In this document: positions 40,721-53,300 of the stretch, piece by piece | Position numbering within the stretch: position 1 is the stretch's first letter | How the letters are laid out: each line of letters starts with the position of its first letter | Program-made: the position numbers and the translations under genes | DNA from: Phoronis australis | Lineage: Eukaryota; Animalia; Phoronida | NCBI GenBank assembly: GCA_002633005.1 | Contig: NMRA01000044.1 | Span: 1,010,362 to 1,067,451 of the forward strand | DNA length: 57,090 nt | Direction of reading: 5' to 3' | Notes under the pieces: generated by a model | The model's database searches: none | What the model was told of the DNA's origin: nothing | Seen by the model: only the letters and a program-made list of their open reading frames with translations

Positions 40721-41869
40721 CTAATTGTGGGCCGATATGCCCATATCCGATAGAAATAATAATTTTTATTGAAAATGTCATTTTTGCACAAATGTCTTCG
40801 CACATAGGTTCGTTCTTGCGTCAAGTTTCACTTACCATACAAGGTGCAGGCGAAATTGTTTTGTGTCCGTCTATGTTTTGAAATGGGTGGGTTTTGGTTT
40901 GTCTTGTGCCTCTTTCAGTATAGTAAGTATTTGTTAGCTCATTATTTCACTTCCCTGCTCGTGCTCAGCTTGGAGCTGCCAGAGCACAAAATATTTCTCT
41001 CCCGTAATTATGATATGCTATTCTCCTGTGGCACGGGCGTATATTCACCTCTCCCAGCAACTTTTTTCTGTCTCACGGACATATTGCGAAAGACATTCTA
41101 CATCCGTGGACGCCATTCATCTGACTGTACTGCTTCGCATGACTTGGATTAAAACTCGATCTGCACAGTCAGCGTGTTAACACGCTCCGGCCAGTTCTAT
41201 TATTCGTTTGAAATAGTCAGAGTCATTTCACATTTGCTGAGCACATTTGCCCCCAAAAGATTAACTCTGCAGCATTAAACAGCAGTCGTCCTCGCATGTC
41301 GATGAGCAAGAATATTGAAGCGTCGATCATTTTGCAATCATGAGTGAAACTTGATGAACTGGATTACATCAGTCACAAGAAGAATATTTTATTTGATTTT
41401 TCGATATTCTATGTATGAAAAAATGAAACAACAACAAAAATAGAACAACAGATTCATGGGCGAGTTTGTTCGAGAGCCTGGAAGTACTAGCACCGCGGTA
41501 CGAGACAGAAAAAGTTGTCCCGGAGGGTGGAAAAAACGGCGTCAGTCCTTGAGAGCCGAATAGCGTGAGGCAGAGTATAATTGTGTGCGACGTCAGGCAC
41601 TAACGGTGCACCGCGGCGAGCAGAGAAGTATACACGTAGGTGCCTTGTTTCTGTTGGCTCCGTTCATTCGTCGCTCGACCATAGGCAGTGACAAAAATGG
41701 AATATACTGAGAAAGGTGGCCCGCTAAGTGGTTGACTAGGCGTTCAACATGAAGAACAGTACGGTACAGAGCATCTTCAATAACACCAACATAAGCTTCG
41801 TCAGATTGGTATTAATGATAATGATATTTGATATTATTAATGTTTTCCTGACGGTATTATAACCGTGGC

Positions 41870-42035
41870 CAGGGGTGGATCCAGGAATTTGAGTTGGGGG
41901 GGGGGATGGCCGGGGCAAAATATTGAGCTAGGATTTTGCCCGTCAGACATTCGCACCCCCGAACTGACAAATGGAATCTGGGAGAATTTAGGGGAGGGGG
42001 GCATGGTCCCCTTGGCCCCCTTAAATCCGCCACTG
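41870..42035. mobile_element. MITE family B copy
   Basis: CAGGGGTGGATCC...AAATCCGCCACTG; flanks GTGGC/GTGAC (5 bp, one mismatch). Confidence 0.75.
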
Positions 42036-43529
42036 GTGACACTTTATTCGCTGAACATGTGCAACACGGCCAGCATGCTCTGCGCAGGTTGAGTGCCGGT
42101 CTGAACTCTAGGCTTTGCGTGAAATCCTTTCTGAACTGTGACGGTGCCGCTTTTCTGCCCTATATAAAAGAGTCTATGAAAAAAAGGTTGCCGAATATAT
42201 TTAGATTCCTGTGTTAAGGTGATGATTTTTGGTCTTGCGTTCCGACTAACACGGTCACTGTTTGTCAGCTCCGGTTGTTTTTGAATATTGAAAAATGACT
42301 TTTTAAAGGATATGAACTATTGTGAATAAATAAAAATGTTTAAGGTTAAAAAGTAAAGAACAAACTTCCTCTAAATTCCCGTGCATCGCTTGGGGTTGTC
42401 ACAGCGCGGTACAAAATTTCTTCTCTCACGCACGCTATTTTTGTCTCACGGATCTGAAGTCCCCCCAATCTAGCAACAGGCACTTTTCGGTGTTTTAATT
42501 GTAATTATTTGCTTGCCAGGTCCATGACAGCGTTTTCCCGTTCAGTGACTTTACCAGACGAAGGGGATTTTGAACGTGTGATCTGCCTTCTTTGTTAATT
42601 CAGTACCAAGCACAGTCTTATGCTGTTATGACAACAGGCAGGCTTAGTACAGACCACGTGTGAACACCGTCAAACACAGAGTGAATACATTCGGAAAGAA
42701 TATATTATCGTAACGTCGGTTGCAGTTGGGCGATTTTGGCGATTCAAAAACTAAACATGATCACCATTTGACGAGGATTTCAAATATGTTATAACTTAAC
42801 TATTATTTTGAACAGCATAGCCCAGTCAGGCTATAGATATGATCTTATTGGAGAATAGTAGAGCAATTATCAACAAAAACCTAACTTTGTGACTTTTAAA
42901 TTGATATTTTTAAAGGTTGAAAACCATGATAGGTGATTCTAGCCACTATTTCTAGGATAAGGATTGTACTTGCCAAAATCAGATCTGTGACCATTGCCGA
43001 TAAACTTTTAGTTACGTGTTACGTTTTATGCTCGTGTCATTGCTTTTAGTTTAAAAAGTCTGTGTTGATGAAACGCAGACTTTTGTTGTAGTCCTTCCTG
43101 GCTTTAAAATCATTTTTCCTTTGGTGGTGTTTCATGATTTGGTAGTGATTTCTCTGTTTGTACATTCCATGTTGATCCATCAGTTATCGCATATTGTCAG
43201 AGACTGAGAACGATGTAAATATGAATATATTATTAGCCTCACTTAGTTTTCACTGCATTGTATGCATGACACTTGATGAACTGATTTTTGAAATGTTTTT
43301 GGTTTTTAAGATTTTTATATTTCACTTAAGTTCACTTATTTTAAGGAACTAGTGTATTTTAGGAAGTGCATTTTATTTTCTGCAATTAATCACTGTTAAT
43401 GAAATGTTGATAGAACTCTAGTCTGTTAAATCTTGTATGAGAATCATTAAATTTGTTACTGTACTCCACTCTTGTTTTAGTGAAAATCGAAATTTTTGAA
43501 TGCCTGTCCTATTGAAACTTTTTGCTTTT

Positions 43530-43960
43530 GCAAACTTCAGTTTTCAAAAGTTAGTTCCTTGACTTAAGTTCTCAAAACTTAGTTCTCAAAAAGTTAAGTT
43601 TTGATGACTTATGTTTGTTACTAAAAACTTGTTCCAAAACTTAAGTTTTTGGAAGACTTAAGTTTCTGAAACTTAAGTTTTCCAAAAACTTAAGTATTTT
43701 AGAACAAGTTTTTGGAACGAACTTAAGTTTTAAAAACTTAAGTTTTCATAGCTTAAGTTTTTCAAAAACTTTAGTTCTAAAAACTTAAGTTTTTAAAAAA
43801 TTTAAGTTCTGAAAACTTAAGTTTTTAAAACTTAAGTTCGTTCCAAAAAACTTATTCCAAAATACCTAATTTTTCGCCAAAAACTTAGTTTTCGTGAATG
43901 AAAACTTAAGTTTTTTAGACCAAAAACTGAAGTTTTTCGATGAAAACTCAAGTTAAGTTC
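43530..43960. repeat. AT-rich degenerate satellite of self-complementary AAAACTTAAGTTTT units
   Basis: Many AACTTAAGTT palindromes and variants at roughly 17-25 bp spacing. Confidence 0.85.
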
Positions 43961-44355
43961 ATTTTTGTAAGGGATATACATCATTTCAAACCGTCCCTTT
44001 CCCTCTCCCTCCACTTCCCTTAATCTCATACCCCGCGCTGGCCGCGATCTGAGCCTCGGAGTATTCGTACCTCGCTTCAGTGATCCCGCTCTCACGATCG
44101 ATTCAAATTTTGGCCAGCGATCCAAAACTGAGGCAGCACCACCTCGCTTCTCAGCCTTGTGGTCATGGATATGGTTTTCTTTGTTCGTGAACAGATCAGC
44201 CCAGCTCCCAATGACACATGTGCACCCCGGACCCGCGGGCCACTGACTTCTCCTTTTAACTTCAGTGGAAGACCAATAAGCAAGTACTGAAGTTGTCGGT
44301 AGGTGGGAGCACTAACAATCTCGTGAAACTTCATAGTTTCTCGTGCCTGGTCAAG

Positions 44356-47300
44356 ATGACTGACGCCGGCTTTTTCAAGGTAAACTTATCGCAAATTATG
44401 TGAATATTGCATAGACAAAGGTTACCGATTCGTAAATATTTCACCTCTGCAACACATCCAGCTTATTTTTGTTAAGTTAAATGTTTGAAAGTGGTTCAAG
44501 AGAAGTGCTTTCCTCAATTCTCGTGGTTGCACATTGTCCCTCTGGCGCGTCGTGTTCTCCAAAAGTCAAAATGGCGACGGAAATACCGCTGTGTATCTTT
44601 TCTGTGGTGATTTAATAGTATTTGAAATCTATAGTAACCACAATACCACTAGCTTTGGCGGTAATTGTTTACAATGTGACGACAATGACTTAGACATATG
44701 ATTTTGGTATCGTTCGATTCCTCGCAATGTTATCTTTCCAAATATATAGATAGAGAAATTTCTCCTACCCCGTTCCCTTTTGGCTTAGTATTTTATCGTG
44801 AAATTCTAACACTATTTCCTGGTACGCGGTAGTAAAACCGCCATGTTGAATGGAAGGAGTCACCTGGCGGTCAAAAACTGAACTAATTTACCGACTTGCA
44901 GATCGTCGCTTTTCATAAGTTCAAATTGACCGAGACCCGTCAATCCCCTGCCCGAGCTACGGAATCAAGGATTCGAATTCGATCCTATGGTGACCCTGAT
45001 ATACGCATGTGCTAGCAAGAATCCGCCAAAACAACGGAGGTTGTTTTTGAGGTCCAAATTTGTGAAAAGAGTATCACTTCAGACAATTTCGTGGAAAAAT
45101 GGTCAAATGCACAGGCGTCCTCAGCTTCTGATCGTCCCCAATACACTACATATAAATACTACAAGGTATGACACTTCGGACTTGAAATTCCACGGGTGCT
45201 TCACTTCAGCCGTCCATAGCAAACATAAAACTCAATAAATTTGCACAAAACAGGGGTTCGACAAACCATGAAGAATTGTTCTTTCTCCCAATACCATTCA
45301 CGGTGTCCTGTTACGGCGACTTCGAAAGAAATTCGCAGTCAAAGAACAAAAATATTCACAAAAAGCCCCCACACACGTTTCCCCTAGGCCCGTCGAGGTC
45401 AAGGACGGTACGGAAATTGCCGCTTTGTCGCGTAAAGTCACGATGTCGATACTTCCGTAACTCACCGGCAATTTCCGTAACCGTCCTTGACCTCGACGGG
45501 CCTAGGGGAAACGTGTGTGGGGGCTTTTTGTGAATATTTTTGTTCTTTGACTGCGAATTTCTTACGAAGTCGCCGTAACAGGACACCGTGAATGGTATTG
45601 GGAGAAAGAACAATTCTTCATGGTTTGTCGAACCCCTGTTTTGTGCAAATTTATTGAGTTTTATGTTTGCTATGGACGGCTGAAGTGAAGCACCCGTGGA
45701 ATTTCAAGTCCGAAGTGTCATACCTTGTAGTATTATATGTAGTGTATTGGGGACGATCAGAAGCTGAGGACGCCTGTGGTCAAATGGTCACAATTTAAAA
45801 AAAATGGAAAAGGTAAAATGCTTCTACTTGTTCATCAATATTTATTATGTCAGGAAAACTTTAGCGAGAATCTCGCGCAGGCAAACACCATTCAGAAATG
45901 CAGAATCAATGATGCTGTTTCATTCATTAACAGTAGGTGTCGCTGTAATCTTGTGTTGAGCTAACATGGCGGTGTCCACCGGGAAATAGTGCCAACTGAA
46001 ATTCGACGATAAAATATGGAGGAAATGCGGTAGGGGATCAATTCATATATTTTTGGAAAGATGACGGCGCGAGGAATCGAACGATACCAAAATCATATGT
46101 CTAAGTCATTGTCGTCATATTGTAAACAATTGCCGCTTTGGCTTGAAGTCTGATAAAATCAAAGCCCCTGGAAGAACAGCAGGGTCAGGGCAGTTAGTGC
46201 AGACCTGATCCAGAAAGAGGACATGGTTGGTAGAAAGTGACCAACGTCGCCAGCCGACTAGATGCAGTGTAGCTTCATACGCCAGAAGCTTTTCGGAAGA
46301 TTATGCCTCACGCTGACTACAACATCAAAGTTACATTGTTATAAATTAATACCTTTTGTGCATAGAGGGACACCTGGCTTAGGAGACCGTCGATTTATTT
46401 AATTCTCTCCAACTCAAAGAAATACTTCTGTTATCAAACTTTTTCTTTGAGCAGTCCCTTGTTTAATTCCCAGAATTGGCAACTCTTCTTTTTTAACACT
46501 GCATGTGGCAGGTAGTATGACATCATATCCCTCGGCATTCGATGAGAAGGGTTTTCCAAGCAGTCCTGTGCATTGTTTTAATCTCTAATGATCTTTTTTG
46601 TACATGCAGGGCACCAGTGCTGACCAGGACAACAGATTCAGTGACAAGAAAAAGAAACTAATGAAGTCGATGAAGTTTGCTGAAGGAGCAGATAAAAAGG
46701 TTGTTGGAATGTTCTGTATTGTTGTTATATGGATTTGACTAACCAGTACAACAAAAATCTTGGGTCAACGCCTGTTTCACCTATATGCTGATTTAGGGAG
46801 CAACCAAAAAATTGGTGCCGCATCCCATTTTTACAGTTGTTGCATATATTTGTAATTCGAAAATTGAGGTTGCTCCCCCTGTTGCGACATCCTTTGACCA
46901 GCTGTGTTTGGCGTTTAAGGAACCTCTTTTCAGCACTTAATTTATAAGCAAGGTATAGTACAAATTCTTCAGTTTCTTCAGTTGTCACTAATATTCTTAT
47001 CTATGATGCTTTAAGTGGTGAAAATGTTTCCAAATGTTGTCAGTGACAGCTGCGCTGTGTTATCCACTTTATTGCGTCCTTAACTGAAGATTTATACAAT
47101 GCTCAGCCATTCAAATTGCATCCATGTCTAAGAATCTGGTCCAAACTGTGATAGAAAATGTTTTCCATCAGCAAAGGAATCGGTCAATCTGAGCATTGTT
47201 GTGAATCCCCAGCCCAATTTCTCAAAAAGTTGCCTGATGGTGGCTAAGGAATATCATTTAAAAATCATAAAAATTATTTGGTGCTAGTAATATTTTTTTT

Positions 47301-50300
47301 AAAAAAGAGAAAATTAAAAATTTACTAGTCCCAGAAAACCACTTTTCTCGCCGATAACGTTATTTTAAAGAACCGTGTGCTTTGTTTGCAGATCGACATG
47401 ACCAAAGTGAACCTGGATACACTGAAGCCATGGATTACGCAGCGAGTGACAGAGATGTTAGGCGAGGATGACGATGTCCTGATCGAGTTTATATTCAATC
47501 AGTTGGAGAATAGGGTAGGTGGCGCTGTCTCTGATATCACACACTGTCGTCTTCGTAAAGTTAATGCATCACACTGACACAGAGTTAGTTCACAGTAAAC
47601 TATCTTCATCCCTTCATTCTGAAGCTGTGCCTGATATTTAGCTGACAAATTTTCACCAAACATATCGAACAGCTGTATTATGACCCATGTTTGCATTCAG
47701 AGACTCGTATGGTTGTTCACACGTGATATTTGGCTATCTGGCAATAGTTCGAAACTATTCTCTGAAAAACGAGTAGATTTTGGTAACTATCTTGGTAACA
47801 GTGACTGGGTATCTTTGTACAAATAGTTTGAACTGGTACTAGATCAGTAAAGTTTATTAGCGAAATGAACAGCTGTCGTTTAACTGAAGCAGTTAAGTTT
47901 ATTGGCTAAATGAACAGCTGTCATTTAACCGAAGCATTAAAGTTTATTGGCTAAATGAACAGCTGTCATTTAACTGAAGATCAGTGTCCTTGTTAGTGTA
48001 AGCCTTAGTATTTTTGTCAAACACCTGTATCGTAGTGCTTTTGATAGACGACTCACTTTCTACTGTTTTCCTCAAAAAGGGTGCATTGTAAATGTGCTAG
48101 CGACTGTCAGATGTGGGCCTTGATTTCTCTAAGTAGTTCTATAAAGCAAGACGGCCACACACGCGTACCAAGACCCACGTCTATCTGGACAGTGTCTTCA
48201 GTAACCCTTGACACAGCTAAGTACGTGAATGTTTCTCCTGCATCGCTGCGCTCCGTGCGTTCTTTGCTTGATTAACTGTTACAGTACAAGAAGCAACTTG
48301 ATGGTTAGAGTGTGGCAAATTGCTTTGATAGAAGTTCAACTTAGAATCTTGAATTCAAATTGTCTGAGAGTTTGGAAAAGCACCAACCAGTGGTATCTTA
48401 ATTTTATTTTTGCGGTTTAAGAACAGTGATATGTTAACGTTGATTTTTTTGATTTCTTTGATAATGCTTTTAATAATTCATTATTAATTTTCAATTGGTT
48501 ATTTCTGCTTTTTGTTTCACACTTTTGAATCCTTAGAGATGTTTTTGAGAGGTCTTCTATGGGTAAGTGGGTTCGCCAATTTGATAATCGGATGCCCATT
48601 AACGCTTCATAGTCGGAGATTATTTGTAAATCCTGAAGCAAGCACAACATCTCTCCACTTCCTGGATATCGTATTGGATGCCAACTGGTCTCCAGATTTG
48701 TCACCACAGAATGGTATTTACAAAGGACTTTCCTGTGACGTTTTTATGCAGTTCATCGAACACTTGGCCTCTTTTTTGAATGTTGATAAATAAATTATGC
48801 TTTATTTCTTTTCAAGTTATAAAGCTGTTATTAAATGCCATTTGTGGCATTGTTCTAATTAATAAGTTCTGAAACCCTTTCAATAAATAGCATGAACGTT
48901 TTTCCCCAGAGTGCAGTGATACGCAAAAGTTGATTAATATTCTAATATCGTTATGGTTCAAGTCTCCAGAACTGCCATCCCGGTGTTGAAGTTTTGGTTG
49001 ACGCGTAGCATTTAAAAAATTGACAAAGGGATATATTGCTGTGTTCTTGCATTGGTACATTTTTACATGTTATACAAATATCACCAAGGCTGGTACAGTG
49101 AAGTTAGGTTGCGTTAATTTTGCGCCATGTGATTTGCTAACGCCTGGGCGTCGTGTCGCCCACCTCTGTCCTGTTGCAGTTTCCCGATGGCAAGGAGCTT
49201 CAGATCAACGTAACAGGGTTCCTGAATGGCAAGAACGCGCGCATCTTCACGCAGGAACTGTGGGAGCATCTGGACAGTGCCCAGCAGAACATCGGCGGTA
49301 TCCCCGCCAAGTTCCTGGAACAGAAGAAGGAGGAGATTAGAAAGAAACAGGTGAGAGAGAATTGTATGCCTGTTTTGTGTTAAAGGGACACGCTCAGTTT
49401 TAGGTCCAAGAAACTTGTTTTTTTTAGATTGAAATTATTAGCTTTAACCAGAGCCATGAAACAACAAAACATTTTGTTTTTGTGGGTTTCATGACAAATT
49501 GTCATTTGTTGTCTATGTCTGCCACTCATGAACTGAAGTGGAAGCTGGTGACTTTAATCAGATAAAAATGGTCTAAAATACTTCGATATTTTATAGAGCG
49601 GGGTTTAGCAAGTAAAGTGTAAAGCTACGACCGTTGAGGTCGCGAGTTCAGATCCGTCTCGGAGCTGATAAGAAATTAGTGTTTTTCTCGCCAATAGTGT
49701 CACTCAATGTGACTTGAGGCTTATGTCAACAAGTTTGTTGTTTTCTACGTAACTATTTCGTAAATAATTTAATCTCAGTTAAGTACAAAGTCTCTGAGAA
49801 TATACCCCAAATCATCAGATAATATGTATTTTAGTATATATTTTAATAATCGCTAAGCACTGGTTTCCTATCTATTACACATTGTAAATACTTTATTTTG
49901 GTAATAACAAAGTGAGAATTTATTATTACGTCGGGGTGTTTAGGACAATTCACCTTGCATATTCCTAAGATGCCTGCCATTTTGAGGGCAGCCACGTGGT
50001 GTGAACACAATCACACTGGAATTGTCGTTTTTATTTGCAGGAAGAGCAGGAGCGTATTCAGGCAAATCTCAAAAAGAAGGAAGAGGAGATAGCACAGGCT
50101 CTGAAGAGGGAACGAGACGAAGGGGAGAAGAAAGATGATTCCCCTAAAAGGTGAGAGCGATGGCGTCTTCAAAGAGGTCGTGTGTGAGCTCTTGTAACAG
50201 CGTGACCTCTTTTCATGAATGTTGACACAATGGGCATTTTTCTATAGTAGAAATTTCCGTGGCACTTGATGATCATAAGGTAGTTGGTGGATAGCGTTCT

Positions 50301-53300
50301 GTAGACGTTGATTTAATAGAGGGGGGGTAGAATTCCAGCTTTTTTGCGAATTCTTAAAGACCGTCGTGTTGTCAAATCCAAAGAATCGCACACAAATTCC
50401 AACGTCTCAAGTGTCTGTGACTGAAAGAATTGTTATTTTGTCCCTGTTAACTCAGACCGTCTTCCACGTCGGAATTTGAAGTTGGGTCAAGCGGAAGCCG
50501 CTTCTGCGCTTTCAAAATGCAGAAGAGTGGCTTATTGCATATTTCCAATTTGATGAGATGTTGCTAAAAAGCGACTCTGTGTCCATTTCTATGGGATTGC
50601 TCGACTTAGGTTGTCATGCCTGTTGTCAACATAGCTAGTCAAATAAGTTTATTTTACTTCGAATATAATGTAAAAATGTAGATTCAAAATCCTGGCTAGA
50701 AATTGTGAAGAGCGAAACGATGCCTGTCTGCACTGTGTTTGGTACTTTACTTGTATTCTCTCATGGTCTTTTATGCAGCGATTTATTGTGTATAATGTAA
50801 AGCTCAGATTCATTAACGTTTGCAGTACATCATTTGTGATCCCATAACATGCGTATTGCATCGACGCTGTTTTCCAGGAAACGAAGCCGGTCACGAAGTG
50901 GTTCCAGAAGCCGTCGGAGTCGTCGCAAGTCTGCAGAAAGAAGACGCAGCAGCTCCGACCGTAAGAAGTCTCCAGACAAGAAGCGTCGTTTCCGAGAGAG
51001 GACAGCATCCAAGTCCCCTGAATCTGGACAAGGTTCCCCGGACAAAGCGGATGAAGAGAAGGATGGACAGGGGTCTCCTAAACCAACTGGGGAGGCGATG
51101 AAGGAGGTCGCCCCCGCTGACAGGTATGGACGGCCTAGTCAAAGTGTGTCTAGTTGTCTCTGAGATCTATGATAGTGTTTCAAGAAAACTTAAATTTTTG
51201 GTTTGATGTTGTATCGATGTTGCATATCCTGGTCTGTCCGAGGCATGGAACATCAAATCTTGAATCCTGTGTCGTAATTGAGGCATGCAGTATTCAAAGT
51301 GAGCTTTTCTCCCACCGTGGTCATTTTTGGCTTAGTTTCTTAATCAAACTAGGCGGCGTAATTGTCACCATTAGAGTTGCCGGAACGCTGTGTGGACACC
51401 CCTTAAAGCCTTCATTGTATGAATTTTTGTTTTAGACGTGTTGGGCTACCCAGATAGTCTCAACAATACTTAGGTACATTAAGATAACGCATATCAGTCT
51501 CAACAATACTTAGGTACATTAAGATAACACATATCAAGAGGAAGACTGAGGAAACCATGCAAAATGGCAATTTTTGTTGAACACTGAAGTCAACCAATTT
51601 TTACAAAATTAAGTCGGTATTATCTTCACAAGTGTTTCAAACGGAATATATTTTCCTCTTGGGATGTCTTCTCCTCCAAGACATGGGGGAGGTGGCAGTG
51701 GGTGAAAATTATTATGTTCTGACTGAAAGGAACACAAAAATATATTTACATTTAAAAGAGACACTAGCATGACTTTTGAATTTTGTATTTTGTTGTTTAT
51801 ATATTCAATTTTCTTTTAAAAGGGTAAGCTAAGGTTATTGGGCCTCTAGCATTCAACTTTAAATTAAGTATCCCGTTTCATACCGTATTGCATCACCGTC
51901 AGAACGAAAAACAAAAGTAATTGCAGTAAATAGGGGTCTGAGTAGACACCATATGAGATTTGTCATGGTGACATAGGCAAAAGTAAGTCAATACGCGTGA
52001 CTGTTACAAATGGAGCTTTATGGCATTAAAGTGCCTAGAGTGATGCTCAACATTTATCATAGCAAGCAATTTCAGTGTATGAGAAGACAAAGCTAAGATA
52101 AGATTCTTTATTTAGAAAGGATGAAAAGACGTTAAGCATAGCTTGTCTACCACATGGTGCTCTAAAACAATAAACAAGGGCAAGGTATACAATATTGATA
52201 ATTAAAAATAAATAAATTAAAAAATGATTTTAGGATGAGCTGTATTCAGACGAGAAAGACAATTATGGTACAATGGAATGATAATAAATATTGAATATTG
52301 TTATTAAACAAATGTGTAACTAGACCTAGCTAATCACGATTCATGCATTGCTGGTAAATGAGTGTGACGATAAGGAATTGGGATTTGAACTTTTTAAGTA
52401 TTAAAATAACCCCCGTCAACAGAAGTATGGAAATAACTAAATGAAAACCAAGAATACCGTTATGGGTTTGGCTTTCTTACATTGAGTTTGAAAGCCCTTG
52501 CAATCAGTTTTAAGTATTGGGAGAGATTCAAGTCATTTCTTAAGCAAATAAGGGCATTTTGGACTTTTGATACCAATTCGATGCCATTTCTTTCCAAGAC
52601 CTAATCCACAGCATGGACTTATGAACGCGTACACAAATTTTTGTAATTCTAGTCGAGTTTGAATTTCTGTTGTCGAGAACTGAATAGGTGTGAGTATTGT
52701 GATTAGTGTTAAGGAGTAACACAGATGTCTGTCTTCTCATTGCACAGCTCGACAGATGTAAAGAAAGGGGAAAGTGGGGATGAAGAAGAGGAGACGGGTG
52801 AAAACAGCGACAAGAAGTCGAGATCCAGGTAAAGAGTAACTTCGTGCCAGATTTCCTGTCAGCGTCTGTCGGGCAAAATTTTTGAAATCAATTTTGTTTT
52901 ACACCCGCATACATTGGCACTTGTATTATGTTTTGTGTACTTTTACTTAAGGGCTGTTCCAGTAAAATTCGTGTGGGAGGGGGGTACGGCAGTGGAAATA
53001 AAAATTCATGGGTGGTGGTCTTCAGAAAAAAAATCAAATTATGGGTGGTCGTTCCTGTAAGAAGTGATGCATTAAAAATGGGTGGTACTTTTTGACCTGT
53101 TAATGTTGACAGGTTGGTTACTTCAGCTGTCAAAACTCAAAAATAATGCATTAGGCATATATCCCAACTTCCAATACAAAAAAGCCCATATTGCTAGTGA
53201 ACACAGTGCAATTATTCACTAAGCCATTAATCAAGTCATGGGCAACTTGATTTGAACCAACTGTTTGTCTGCAGTCCTGTTGAATTGAAAAGTTATGCAA

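Noticed and set aside
40836-41160. Minus-strand segment bounded by good splice sites upstream of the receptor-like gene
   Set aside because: Stops occur in all frames and part of it resembles dispersed repeat sequence near 41500 and 42420; at most a non-coding exon, and unsupported.
44030-44125. GATC-containing hairpin reminiscent of the 7SK 5' stem
   Set aside because: No recognisable 7SK 5' end, 3' stem or Pol III terminator; treated as SRRM1 upstream structure instead.
45276-45613. Two near-identical 85-aa ORFs on opposite strands
   Set aside because: They are mirror products of the foldback element's arms; no coding signature or recognisable domain.
47845-47979. Regularly spaced repeats resembling a CRISPR array
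   Set aside because: Head-to-tail 45-bp units with no unique spacers, inside a eukaryotic intron, and no cas genes.
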